A stretch of DNA of 64,000 nucleotides, taken from the NCBI GenBank assembly GCA_963691875.1, contig OY829846.1:864001-928000 (forward strand), in the 5' to 3' direction. Position 1 is the first letter of the stretch. Every line of letters starts with the position of its first letter. This document shows positions 9,300 to 19,489 of this stretch, one piece after another. The notes under the pieces are model-generated. The model was not told the DNA's origin and made no database searches. It worked only from the letters and a program-made list of their open reading frames with translations. The stretch comes from Aureliella sp. GTDB taxonomy: Bacteria > Planctomycetota > Planctomycetia > Pirellulales > Pirellulaceae. Both the position numbers and the translations under genes were made by a program.

Positions 9300-12200
9300 C
9301 TACTCTCGCTCGATACGGACGCGAGCTCGGATACCATCATTCACGAATGTGATTCCGGCAGCTGCTGATTTCACATTTCGATACACCGGCGGAATCGAGT
9401 GGCCAGGCGTAATCGCTTCGCCGGGAGGCCCGTAATGCGTAGCTTTAATTGATCGCAATGACTCGTCCCATTCGTATCCACTTCCATCAACAGCAATCAA
9501 CTGCTGATGCCACATTTGATTGTACAACTCAACGGAGTCTCGCTGGGGCATATGCTTCCTCCACTCGTTGAGAACCGGAACATTGCACCAGCTCGGATAG
9601 ATCAGCTCTCGCTGAAAATCTCGTTTGAAAATCTTTTCGAGCAAATCCGTGAACTCATCTGAAATCTTGACGTTCATGTGATCGCCAAGCCAATTTTCTT
9701 TATCCTGCTTCGCAAAGACGACTCCACTCCCGCTCTGCTCCCGGTCAATGGCACGATGTACCACGTCAAGATTTGGAGAAAGCAATAAGACGCGGCCAAC
9801 CAGAACTAGATGCACATCGATTTCCTGCCCGAAGTCGCCATTCTTGTAACTAAGAATCTTTCTCTTCTTGTAACTTGAATCGCTCCAAACGCCATCTCGA
9901 TGACCAAAAACATTGGAGAGATTCCGCAGGAACTCGAACAACTTGTCTTCATCCTTCCCCTCTCGTAATTCTATTGTGAGTCCGAACGGGAGCTGCTCAA
10001 AATCGTACCAGTCCTCTGGGAGATCATTGATCGCTTCGTCCCAGTCGACAAAAAGACTAGCTGTTTCACCAAGCCAATCCATCGCTTTATCCATCACCTC
10101 ATGCTGCGTACGGATACTGGACACCAAGATTTCCTTTGCAAAGGAATTTAAAGAAGCAGCCATGTGAACTACCGTCTCTTCATGCGGATCAGCCCCCGAG
10201 GGATCAATCTTTGCCGGACTCAGAATCTGCTTCACCAACGAGTACTGACTGCCGGCAATCAGAGGCATCACAGTAAGATCAAAGTCCAGTGTCTGATCAA
10301 GTTCAAAGTTGAGTGCGATAGGGTCGAAGGCACCGCGCAAACGACGCTGATACGAATCACGCCATGCTGTGTAGGATGCCTTCTCTTCTGCACTAACATG
10401 CGTGAGTGGCAGATCAATCAAAGGAGTCAAATCGCCTGCAGCGCCGAAAGTTTCACTCCGGGCTCGATGGTTCTCGACCGTGATTTTACCAACTAACGCC
10501 TGAAATCTCTGAAAGTTCAAAGAGGGATGTTTCTCCGGATCTATCAGCATGGATTGGTGATATGTGTCAGCTTGCAGAGCTCCCAATGCCCCACGAGCGT
10601 GCAATCGTCGCGAGTTAGCGATCCTCATTCGAGGTCCGCACCATCGACGAATCGTCGCATCGGAAATTACCAGTAGTCCCTTACTTCTGTTCTCATTGCT
10701 GATCGGGTAAAGTTTTCGAAAGTACCGGTACTCTGGCTCTGTCGCCAACGAGAACTTCGCTCTAGCAGAGTCCCTGACAATAGCGGCCAAGCGTTTAAGT
10801 TGTCCCAGCGAGTTCGTTACTGCAACATATCCTTGGGCCGCGACTAGATAACTATTGAGCTTGCCATCGTCGCTTGAGAAATATTGGTAAGTGAGGCCCT
10901 CTACATTGCCGCTAGACTTGTTGACTGAGACACTTCGTTTCGCAGCTGAAAGTGTAATTTGAGCTTCTAGCAACTGTTGAAGTGCTTGCGATTCCTTCGG
11001 TTCGAGCAGTAAAGCAACGTCTGTGCCAAGATCAAAGTATGGATCGCTGCCGGTCACAGCCACACTCTTGATCAATTGCGGACCAAGCATTTCTGCTAGA
11101 TCGTTCATCGAGAGGCCAAGCTCCGTCTGATAGCGGGCGAATAGTTCCGCACCATTGCCTTCCATTTGCAGCAGCCGCATAACTGTTGCGGCATCCACTT
11201 GGAAACGAGTAATTGTCTGCAGAAGAGCTCGAAAGTTGGAGAAGAAGAATGCGTGCTGGTCATGCGGAATGAACTCAGCGAGGGCATCCGTCTTCGGGTT
11301 GATGTCTCGCGTTAACTCACTCCAGTCGTATCCAGCGATAGTGATTCCTGGTATCGATTCCACCGGCATGACTGCGTTCTCTTTGCTGGCTTGCCGCAGG
11401 ATACGATCAAGCTGCAAGTTCTCGACAAAGGCAGTTGAACCGGTGAACATATCAAAGGAGCGTTCGTACCCCGTCGCTCGAGTCAATTCTTGATTGGTCT
11501 CGTCAAAAACTTCCTTCTGCTGTTGAACTTGACGTAATACCCGCAACGCATAGTTGGCACGAGCTCGAAACCAAGCTGTACCAGCTAAGTTCTTTTCCGC
11601 TTGCCAATTGTAGTCGCTGGCCATAACTTGAAAGAAACTACTCAAGCTGCCTTTGTCGGAACTCCAGGACTTCTTGGGGATCGCAAACGCGTACTTGTTC
11701 ATAGACTTGCCATCCTGTGAAGGACAAAAGATCGTTCCACGCGTGTCCTTGGCTTCGCGAATCCTTCCGACCACAATCACTCGCCCATCCAATCGATGGG
11801 CGGTGTTTCGGCTCAAGTACACTTCGCCGACACCCTGCAATTTGACTTGCACCCAAATCCAATCTCCGTCGCCTGTCGCGCGATTAAACATCTTTTGAAT
11901 GTTACGGCGAACAGCGTCGCCATCTACATTTTCGAACTTGATATCTCGCAAGAATCCGGAGAAGTACACATACTCGTTCGGCGGAAGAATCGATGGGTCA
12001 ATCTCAATCCCATTGTTCTTCGGCTGATTGGCATTAAACAGAACCGGCCTCGCTTTTGCCAAATCCTTCGTCCTATTCCCCGCGAAGGAGTCCCCTTCGG
12101 CCTTTGTTTTCACGGATACAGATCCTTCCGTGAATGCTCCGGTGCTATTTGACTTTGTGGTCTGCGAAGAAGCTTCCTCATCTGGCCACATAGTGAACGT

Positions 12201-12410
12201 AGCCAGCACACAGGAGACAACGGCGAGAATAGCTGTCATGATTGACGCCCTGCTGAAAGGATGGGAGGTTTGAGCACGAATGGGAACGGTAGGTTGATCT
12301 TGAATGAAGTCGAGTGAATCTCGAAGCTCAGTAACGGACTGAAAGCGATCGTTTGGCGACTTCGCCAACATCTTCTGCAACACCGATGCGAGCTCTGAAT
12401 TATTGGACAA
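9300..12410 (-). CDS. Uninterrupted 3' part of a split Ser/Thr kinase gene: kinase tail, one TM helix and a ~950-aa extracytoplasmic domain of unknown function
   Basis: Begins with kinase subdomain XI (KMLAKSPNDRFQS), then TM segment IMTAILAVVSCVLATF; 1036 open codons. Confidence 0.7.
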   Translation of the reverse strand: MSNNSELASVLQKMLAKSPNDRFQSVTELRDSLDFIQDQPTVPIRAQTSHPFSRASIMTAILAVVSCVLATFTMWPDEEASSQTTKSNSTGAFTEGSVSVKTKAEGDSFAGNRTKDLAKARPVLFNANQPKNNGIEIDPSILPPNEYVYFSGFLRDIKFENVDGDAVRRNIQKMFNRATGDGDWIWVQVKLQGVGEVYLSRNTAHRLDGRVIVVGRIREAKDTRGTIFCPSQDGKSMNKYAFAIPKKSWSSDKGSLSSFFQVMASDYNWQAEKNLAGTAWFRARANYALRVLRQVQQQKEVFDETNQELTRATGYERSFDMFTGSTAFVENLQLDRILRQASKENAVMPVESIPGITIAGYDWSELTRDINPKTDALAEFIPHDQHAFFFSNFRALLQTITRFQVDAATVMRLLQMEGNGAELFARYQTELGLSMNDLAEMLGPQLIKSVAVTGSDPYFDLGTDVALLLEPKESQALQQLLEAQITLSAAKRSVSVNKSSGNVEGLTYQYFSSDDGKLNSYLVAAQGYVAVTNSLGQLKRLAAIVRDSARAKFSLATEPEYRYFRKLYPISNENRSKGLLVISDATIRRWCGPRMRIANSRRLHARGALGALQADTYHQSMLIDPEKHPSLNFQRFQALVGKITVENHRARSETFGAAGDLTPLIDLPLTHVSAEEKASYTAWRDSYQRRLRGAFDPIALNFELDQTLDFDLTVMPLIAGSQYSLVKQILSPAKIDPSGADPHEETVVHMAASLNSFAKEILVSSIRTQHEVMDKAMDWLGETASLFVDWDEAINDLPEDWYDFEQLPFGLTIELREGKDEDKLFEFLRNLSNVFGHRDGVWSDSSYKKRKILSYKNGDFGQEIDVHLVLVGRVLLLSPNLDVVHRAIDREQSGSGVVFAKQDKENWLGDHMNVKISDEFTDLLEKIFKRDFQRELIYPSWCNVPVLNEWRKHMPQRDSVELYNQMWHQQLIAVDGSGYEWDESLRSIKATHYGPPGEAITPGHSIPPVYRNVKSAAAGITFVNDGIRARVRIERE

Positions 12411-13429
12411 GGCCTTGCACTCGGAGGTGAGGCTTGCTTGTGCTTTTCAAGCAACTCTTCACTTGTCCCGAAAAAGAGAGGTCTGCCCATCAAAAGAAAA
12501 TACAGCGTAGCACCTAGAGAGTAGATATCTGCGCGACAATAGACGCTCGACGTGCCCATCGCCTGCTCCGGCGATATGTATTCCGGCGTGCCCACAATGC
12601 GACCAGTATGCGTCAAACCAGAGTTTTGGCTGACTGTAGCCGTACAGCCTTGATCATCGCCTAACGACGCGATACCAAAGTCTAAGATTGTCACGTGTAC
12701 TTGTCTCTGATCGCCTCGGGAAACCATCAGATTGTGCGGCTTGATATCCCGATGCACCATGCCTTAGCGATGAGCGACTTCGAGGCCAAGGCACACTTGT
12801 CGCAAGCATTCCAAGGCATCCTTTATCGACAGTGGTCCCTGACGCTTGACGTAGGAAGCGAGGTTTTCACCCTCGATGTATTCCATAACGAAGAAGTGCA
12901 CACCAGAGCATTCTTCCGCGTCAAAGGCAGCCACAATGTTCGGGTGGGAGAGTCTCGCGGCTGCTTTGACTTCACGTTGAAAACGCAGCACCGCTTCTCG
13001 CTGCTGCAGCCGCTTCCGCCATCGTGGGGCATTCAAGAATTTGATGGCAACTTCACGGTCCATCAGTCGGTGGCGAGCAAGAAACACATCCCCCATACCA
13101 CCGCGTCCGATCGACTCCAACAATTCATAGCGGGGATGATCGCTCAGAAGCTCCAGCGCCTTGGTTCCGCTGCTCGATGCCGAAATAGCCCGCGAAGCAG
13201 TCGTCCTGCAGTCAACCGGGACTTCTTGCTGCTTCAACAGATCCAGCAGCGTATCCTCGCTCTGTAACTCCAGCAGTTGATGCGTGCAGGCGTCACATTC
13301 CAATAGATGATCCGTGACTTCACTTGCTAGAGGCTCTTTCAAGCTACCTGTGCTGAAGGCTGTCAGCACTGCTTTTGGAGGATGCTGGTGGGTGGCAACG
13401 GAAATTGGAAGGCGCGTTTTTCAGCTCAT
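12411..13429 (-). pseudogene. Disrupted N-terminal zf-HC2-like plus Hanks-type Ser/Thr kinase region
   Basis: HLLECDAC, GRGGMG, VAIK, HRDIKP, DFG and GTPEYISPEQ. In-frame TAA at 12764-12766 (AHR*GMVHRD), a frameshift near 12420, and TGA at 13421-13423 right after an upstream ATG at 13429. Confidence 0.85.
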
Positions 13430-13583
13430 TTTGCAGAAGGCTATAGTAACAGATGCTGTTAAAGTGCACTTTTCGATGGCTTCTTACAGCAGAAATGAGA
13501 ATTTTGCCCAATTAATTACAACCGCAGAAGCTTGAACGAAGGGACAAATCGCAACCCAACCCCAAGCCTAAAGAAACCTAAGC

Positions 13584-14756
13584 CTAGAGAAACCGGTTGA
13601 CGGTAAGAAATGCGACGTCTTGCTTGGTTCTACCGTGAAGCGATAAGTCGGCGAGCACTTCTCCCAGCACCGAAGCAAACTTGAATCCATGCCCCGAGAG
13701 GCCCGCCGCAAAGTGAACCTGCGGAAACTCGGGATGCTGGTCGACTATAAAATGCTCGTCGGGTGACATGGTGTACATGCACACCTGATGCTTCAACGCC
13801 TCCACTTGCTCGAGTCCCAAATACTCTTCTAAAAACTTTTCGACCCGAGCTTGCTCGGCGCTGTCAACAGATCTTGAAAATCGATCCGGTGACTCGATGT
13901 CCTCTCCGTGACTGTGCTCCGCAACTTTTATCATTCCCCACGTTTCCTCAGTGAGACTCGGGAAGCCGTAATAGTAGCCGTTCGGTGTTTCGTAGAAGAA
14001 AACGGGCGATCCATCCTTGGCTACGTAAGTATCCGGAGGGACAGAATACCAGTGCAAGTGCTTGCGTTTCACTTGCATTTTGACATCGACATCATTAAGG
14101 AGCCGTGAAGCCCAAGCGCCGGCTGCGATAACCAATCGCTCACCACAAAACTCACCCTTGTCCGTCTGAACCTGGACTCTACCATCTTGGGTTGTCCACG
14201 AGAGGACCTTCGTCTCGGCCGCAATGTGGGCGCCAATGCCTTCAGCCGCTCCGCAGTAGGCCGCCACGCAATCTTCAACTAGCAGGTAGCCCCCGTCAGG
14301 CTCGTAAAGACACTTGCAATCCTCGGGCAAAACGAACCCAGGAAATCGCTCGTGAAATTTGGCTGCGGATATCTCTTCGAGCGAGAGCGCGTGGCGTTGG
14401 CAAGCTGACTCGAGGCCTGAGATAAGTGGTCCACCCTGCGGACCGACCTCCATCAGTCCTTGCTCGAACAACAACGTTTTTCCGGTGCGTTCCTCCAGCT
14501 TCCGCCAGTTTTCGTAACCACGTTGAATCAGTGGAACGTAACTCGGATGCTCAAAGTAAGCTTTTCGAATCGCACGCGTTTCACCATGAGAGCTTCCTTG
14601 ATCATGAACGAGTTGAAACTGCTCGATCCCGAGCACATTTGCTCCAGATGCCGCAAAATGGTAGAGCGTCGAACTACCTATGCCCCCAAGGCCCAGCACA
14701 ATCGCATCGTAGAACACGCTCACGGAAGTCACATCATTCGTCTTCGCCTGATCCAT
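13584..14756 (-). CDS. solA: N-methyl-L-tryptophan oxidase / monomeric sarcosine oxidase family flavoprotein
   Basis: GLGGIG, GSSHGETRAIR, CMYTMSPDEHF and GLSGHGFKF; overlaps the upstream protease stop. Confidence 0.85.
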   Translation of the reverse strand: MDQAKTNDVTSVSVFYDAIVLGLGGIGSSTLYHFAASGANVLGIEQFQLVHDQGSSHGETRAIRKAYFEHPSYVPLIQRGYENWRKLEERTGKTLLFEQGLMEVGPQGGPLISGLESACQRHALSLEEISAAKFHERFPGFVLPEDCKCLYEPDGGYLLVEDCVAAYCGAAEGIGAHIAAETKVLSWTTQDGRVQVQTDKGEFCGERLVIAAGAWASRLLNDVDVKMQVKRKHLHWYSVPPDTYVAKDGSPVFFYETPNGYYYGFPSLTEETWGMIKVAEHSHGEDIESPDRFSRSVDSAEQARVEKFLEEYLGLEQVEALKHQVCMYTMSPDEHFIVDQHPEFPQVHFAAGLSGHGFKFASVLGEVLADLSLHGRTKQDVAFLTVNRFL

Positions 14757-16677
14757 CCGTTGTGGATGTCACATGCTTGGAAACGAACTCCTTGATCAAA
14801 GCCCGCGGAATTGCATAACTCCGAACACGACTGTTTCGGGCGATATTCAGCCCGATGAAGTTGCCTTCCAGATCAAAAATCGGACCTCCACACTTCTCCG
14901 GACGCAAATCAGCATCATGCGAAATCACACTTGAGAATCCATCACGTCTGAAGCTCTTCTTCATCACATCTGCTGCGTGCCGAGATGGAGGTGCGCTTCC
15001 CAGTGTGATCGTCTTCTCTAGCTCCTCTTCACCCCTAAGGATGGTCGCTACGACGGTCATGTTGGCTTCAACCTTCTTCCGAAGGAAGTTCACCAACGAT
15101 AGATGGGTCGTAATTTCGGTATCGTTCATCTTTTTGATGATGTCACCAGTTTTCAGGCCAGCTCGCTTAGCGGCTCCTTGATCAACGCTTTCCAAATAAG
15201 CGCCTTGATTCTTCTCATGAGTTCTCGGCCTAACACCAAGATAGCCGTAACTCCGTTGTTTCTCGGACTTAAAGACCACAGTACTCCATACGCTGACGAT
15301 GCCGGACCCTACCGGATCAGGAGTCAGAAGGAAACGCCCAACCAGTGGTCCGTCCCCCAGATCCTTGGCTAACTCAATACCCACCGTGTTCTCCTTAGGC
15401 AATCGAAGCAGCACCAGGTCATTTGCAGTGTCCCGCTCGACCACTTCCAAGGCAAATTCTTCTTCACCATCCACCACAATTGGATTCTCAGCGACCATTG
15501 AATTCTTGGAGATAAGCAGATCGCTACCTTCGACCAAAGTACCAATGATCTTCTGAGATTTCCCATTCGCATCACTGGTAATGTTGACGCAAAAGTCATC
15601 CAGATCAGATTCCATGTCAGAGAACTGCCGTGCAAGGCTGGCGAGTTGCTTGTAGCCAACAGGCTCAGTCAACTTCATTTCTTCGTAGTCAGGAAAGTCG
15701 GCATCTGGGGCAGGCTCTCGTTGGACGTCAAATGGAGCCTTTAAAGTCAATTCCTCTTCACCACGCACTACTTTAAGCTCGATCTCTTTCGCTCCCTCAT
15801 CGCGCGCTGCCGCAAGAGCCTCGCGTAATGACTTGATGTCGGGAGTGTCCTTGTCATAAACGGAAGTCAAAAGGTCCTTGACTTGAAGTTTCGCAATAGA
15901 AGCAATCGATCGAGGCACCACACGTGTCAATCTCAGGCCGGCAGGTTCAGTTTCCTCATTAGAATAGATCCCAAGCATCGGCAACGGAGGCATACCGGCT
16001 TGTGTGAAAACTCGATCAGCGTTCAGCTCATTCCAGTACTCACGATACACATCAATCGGCACTTCGTAGTTCCGACTCATGCTGGTACTAATCCGCGAGT
16101 GAATACCGATCACTCGACCATCCAGATCGAACAGCGGCCCTCCCGAATCACCTGGTTCCATCAGAGCCGTCGATTGCAGGGTAGGACGCGAACTACGGCT
16201 TCCACGAAGATAGCGACCAAAACGCACCAGCGGGCCGCTTCTGGTTCCTTGACCGCCGGGAAAGGCCAGACTAAGAACAGGCTGATTCGCTACCAATGTT
16301 GAAGATTCACCCATTTGAGCGTACGGGATCTCCTTATCCTTCAAATCAGTGATCTGAATCAATGCACAGTCGGCTTGCGGATTGGAGCCCTTTCCCTTGC
16401 CTCGAAATCTACGGCCATCAGGAAGAATTATCCTGTAGTCGGCTCCAGGTTGCACCGCATGAGCAGCGGAGAGCACATGACCGGTCTTACTCACGATGAC
16501 ACCGCTAAACATACTGCCGCCTCTTGAAATTGAGACGACCGCTGGACGCACTTGCTCGATCGTTTCGAATATCTCAGACTGCAACGCCTCAACGTCTAGC
16601 TCTTGCGAAGTGCTTACTGATCCGCAGGCGACGACGAGCAAACAAGCACCAATGTATCGAATTGCTTTCACAACCAC
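14734..16677 (-). CDS. Exported HtrA-like trypsin protease with two PDZ domains and a second, degenerate trypsin domain
   Basis: Signal peptide; triad SAAHAV / ADCAL / GDSGGP; PDZ-like segments after LGI and YLGV; C-terminal PEKCGGP. Confidence 0.85.
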   Translation of the reverse strand: MVVKAIRYIGACLLVVACGSVSTSQELDVEALQSEIFETIEQVRPAVVSISRGGSMFSGVIVSKTGHVLSAAHAVQPGADYRIILPDGRRFRGKGKGSNPQADCALIQITDLKDKEIPYAQMGESSTLVANQPVLSLAFPGGQGTRSGPLVRFGRYLRGSRSSRPTLQSTALMEPGDSGGPLFDLDGRVIGIHSRISTSMSRNYEVPIDVYREYWNELNADRVFTQAGMPPLPMLGIYSNEETEPAGLRLTRVVPRSIASIAKLQVKDLLTSVYDKDTPDIKSLREALAAARDEGAKEIELKVVRGEEELTLKAPFDVQREPAPDADFPDYEEMKLTEPVGYKQLASLARQFSDMESDLDDFCVNITSDANGKSQKIIGTLVEGSDLLISKNSMVAENPIVVDGEEEFALEVVERDTANDLVLLRLPKENTVGIELAKDLGDGPLVGRFLLTPDPVGSGIVSVWSTVVFKSEKQRSYGYLGVRPRTHEKNQGAYLESVDQGAAKRAGLKTGDIIKKMNDTEITTHLSLVNFLRKKVEANMTVVATILRGEEELEKTITLGSAPPSRHAADVMKKSFRRDGFSSVISHDADLRPEKCGGPIFDLEGNFIGLNIARNSRVRSYAIPRALIKEFVSKHVTSTTDGSGEDE

Positions 16678-16893
16678 TCCTCACCGAAATAAATTTTTTT
16701 CTTCTATCATAGAGCATCGGCAATCAAAGCTCACGCTTTTTACGTCGGGAAAATGGGTGGGGGATCGCTCAACCTGAAGAATTCTCAAGTTTCGCGATAC
16801 ACCGAGCGGCCTGGACAAACTCTACAGGCTGGAGCGATACGGCACTCTGTCATCAAACAAACTCTGTTAGCCTGGATTTGATGGCAGCATCGC

Positions 16894-18693
16894 TCAATTC
16901 TCACTGGTCGAATCTGCAAACCGCCAACTCGGTCGCATGTTGCGTTCCAGCTCTCCACCTTGTAGAAATAGCCGCAATGGCTCAATCGGAATCGAGTGCT
17001 GCTTTAAAATCGCGTCGTGGAATTCTCGATTCGTCATCTTGCCCCCCTGCACAAACTCACGGTGCATCTCCCGAATCTGCAACCCTCCCAGCATATACGC
17101 TGCTTGATAAAGCGGGCTGTATCCTCCCATGATGGATCGCCGCACCTCCGCAGTCGCGGCAGAACGTTCGTGCCCAACCCTCTCGACCAAGTAATCAATG
17201 CATTGCTCCGGTGTCATCGTGCCAAGATGGTAACTTAACGAAAAGATGATCCTAGCGCAGCGGTGTTTTCGCCAGAACAACATCCCGACTCGATCCTCAG
17301 CGCTCTGTGCGAAGTCCAGGTCCCACAGCAGCATTTCCCAATAAAGAGCCCATCCTTCGATCCAGAAGGGAGTACTAAAGAGTTTGCGGTAGGGAAGATG
17401 ACGTGGCAGCATATAACTCTGCATGTGATGCCCGGGAATCAACTCGTGATGGACTGTCGCACGCGAGAAGTGCTCGTTGTTGCTCCGCATGCTCATCAGC
17501 TTCTCTTCATGCGTCATGTCGTCTGTTGGAAACGAGACGATAATAGTGTCACCGCCCAGAAAATACGGACTCACACGTTGCCGTTGCGGACTCATCATCG
17601 TCATCCGCCAGCCGTTGGCGGCCATCTCGGGAATTGTCAGCAGGTCATGAGACTCCAAGAACCGAATGGCTTCCCAGGCTAAATTGCGGATCATCTCAGG
17701 TTGATCTCCCGGCTGCACGTGCTTGGACTTGGTGTGCTCCATCGCAGCATTCCAATCAGGCCCGAAGCCCAACTCCTCACTTGCCTTTGCTAGCTCTATT
17801 TCACACCAAGTCATCTCGCGCTTCGCAAGCTCGATCAACTCTTCCGGCGTATGTACGATCCATTCGTGTTGCAGTTCGAGCTTCAATCCCTCGGCACCGA
17901 TTGGCAAGCCAACGATCGTCTCCTCGTCGGATTCCGGTACACCTACAATCTTGTCTCGTAGCAATTCTCTGTGGCGGGATAGTCTGGAACTCAATGATTC
18001 AAAGGGTTTCTTGGCCCACCAGCTGTACTGTGGGTCGTATCCCGAATAGAAATTGTGCATTTCACGAAGACGCGATGACAAACGCTGGACAAGACCAGCT
18101 GCACGCAATGCGTCAAGACGTTGTTGCACCGAATACGAAGGCTGAGAATTGCCAGCTGGTTTTGTCAGTAATTCACTTTGTAGCGCGACATTTTTGGCCA
18201 ACTTGTCATAAGCAGCGGCAATATCGCCCCCTACGATTCGCTCGACATTCTCACGATCGCGACACAACTTCACCATTTGCTGTGCATAGGGCAAATACAC
18301 TAAGGCAGCCTGATCACGCTGCCAATCAAGCGTCAGTTTCTTGAGCCGGTAATTGAGCTCGGACCGGAGCAAGATGAAGTCGATCTGAGCGACACGGTCG
18401 AGACCAGAGAACTCTAACGCTTCTAGCTTTGACAACCAGTCCTTTGTGACTTGAACTCTCAGTTGATGCGCTTTCTGGTCGAGCGGAATAGGATAGCGAT
18501 GATCCAGAGAACTGACGTCAGCAACGTATTGTTCAATGAATTCACGCACCGGGCTTTGGGCAAGTGCATCGCGAAAAAACCCAACACTAGTCGCAGCCAG
18601 CAACGTCAGAATTGCGAGAGGCCTGTTTGGCAGCCAAAAAACGATCGAGAAAAATACGCGGAATACGGAACTTGAGATGGATGCTTGGGACAT
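16894..18693 (-). CDS. DUF885 family protein (putative metallopeptidase)
   Basis: HHELIPGHHMQ, IEGWALYWE and YQAAYMLG. Start uncertain. Confidence 0.85.
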   Translation of the reverse strand: MSQASISSSVFRVFFSIVFWLPNRPLAILTLLAATSVGFFRDALAQSPVREFIEQYVADVSSLDHRYPIPLDQKAHQLRVQVTKDWLSKLEALEFSGLDRVAQIDFILLRSELNYRLKKLTLDWQRDQAALVYLPYAQQMVKLCRDRENVERIVGGDIAAAYDKLAKNVALQSELLTKPAGNSQPSYSVQQRLDALRAAGLVQRLSSRLREMHNFYSGYDPQYSWWAKKPFESLSSRLSRHRELLRDKIVGVPESDEETIVGLPIGAEGLKLELQHEWIVHTPEELIELAKREMTWCEIELAKASEELGFGPDWNAAMEHTKSKHVQPGDQPEMIRNLAWEAIRFLESHDLLTIPEMAANGWRMTMMSPQRQRVSPYFLGGDTIIVSFPTDDMTHEEKLMSMRSNNEHFSRATVHHELIPGHHMQSYMLPRHLPYRKLFSTPFWIEGWALYWEMLLWDLDFAQSAEDRVGMLFWRKHRCARIIFSLSYHLGTMTPEQCIDYLVERVGHERSAATAEVRRSIMGGYSPLYQAAYMLGGLQIREMHREFVQGGKMTNREFHDAILKQHSIPIEPLRLFLQGGELERNMRPSWRFADSTSEN

Positions 18694-19489
18694 ACACATA
18701 TGCAAACACATACACTTGATCAAAAAATCATAAATCCGTTCAATTACGAATCGCTTCGCGGAGGTGCAGAGCTTCAAGTATAGTCTTTGTGTTACGAAGC
18801 GTTGGCCCTCTGCTGCCAGTTGCCCACAGCAAAACGAGACTTCAATTTGTACTCCGAAGGCACTATCCGCGAGTCAGTCTCCCCAGTTTCAGTTCAACGC
18901 TATTTCGTTCGCTCACCTCGCCAACGCGACTCCATCCATGCAATCGGAAAAACGCCCCTTTGGGATGATCGCTCTTCGTATTTTGTTGCACTGACATCTC
19001 CCATACTCTTCTTGGGTGGACTTGCACTGACGATTCTGCAAGCCCGGTGCGCTGAACTAACTGCCTCTTTCATCAAAGGTAATATCGCAGCAGTTATTTC
19101 GACCGCCTGCCTTTCACGCAGAATTCGGACTCCTGCTACCCGATTCGCAGGAGAGCTTGTGTGCGTTTGTTGCCTACTTACCTTGCAGCCATATCAGGGA
19201 TGAATCCGCCAGCTCCTCAACAGCAGGGGATGAACCCTCGTTTCAAAGCTTCTGGACTTTTGTAATGTTAGCCAAAGGTACTGTAATGGCGTGGAAGGTT
19301 CGCTGGCCGAACGATCCGTCGGCAGAACGATAGCGCTCGTATCATTAGCCTTAGCTTCGCTTGCAAAAGCCGTAGAGGTCCGCGACGCACGCCGAATTCT
19401 GGTAAAGTCCTCCTAGCCTCGGTCGGCTAGCGTTCTGCAATCCAGCACGGCCAATTCCTCTGTTACCTTTTTCTGTCGGATGCTTTCTC

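Noticed and set aside
12764..12766. Stop-codon reassignment or programmed readthrough as the cause of in-frame stops
   Set aside because: Broken genes contain TAA, TAG and TGA plus frameshifts, and intact genes end normally on all three stops.
18720..18870. Minus-strand ADSAF...KRFVIER reminiscent of a DDE transposase
   Set aside because: Motif spacing looks too short, no terminal inverted repeats, no other catalytic motifs; likely chance.
19195..19237. Two GGGATGAA-containing motifs resembling the end of type I-E CRISPR repeats
   Set aside because: Only two short imperfect copies about 29 bp apart, no room for repeat plus spacer, and no cas genes.
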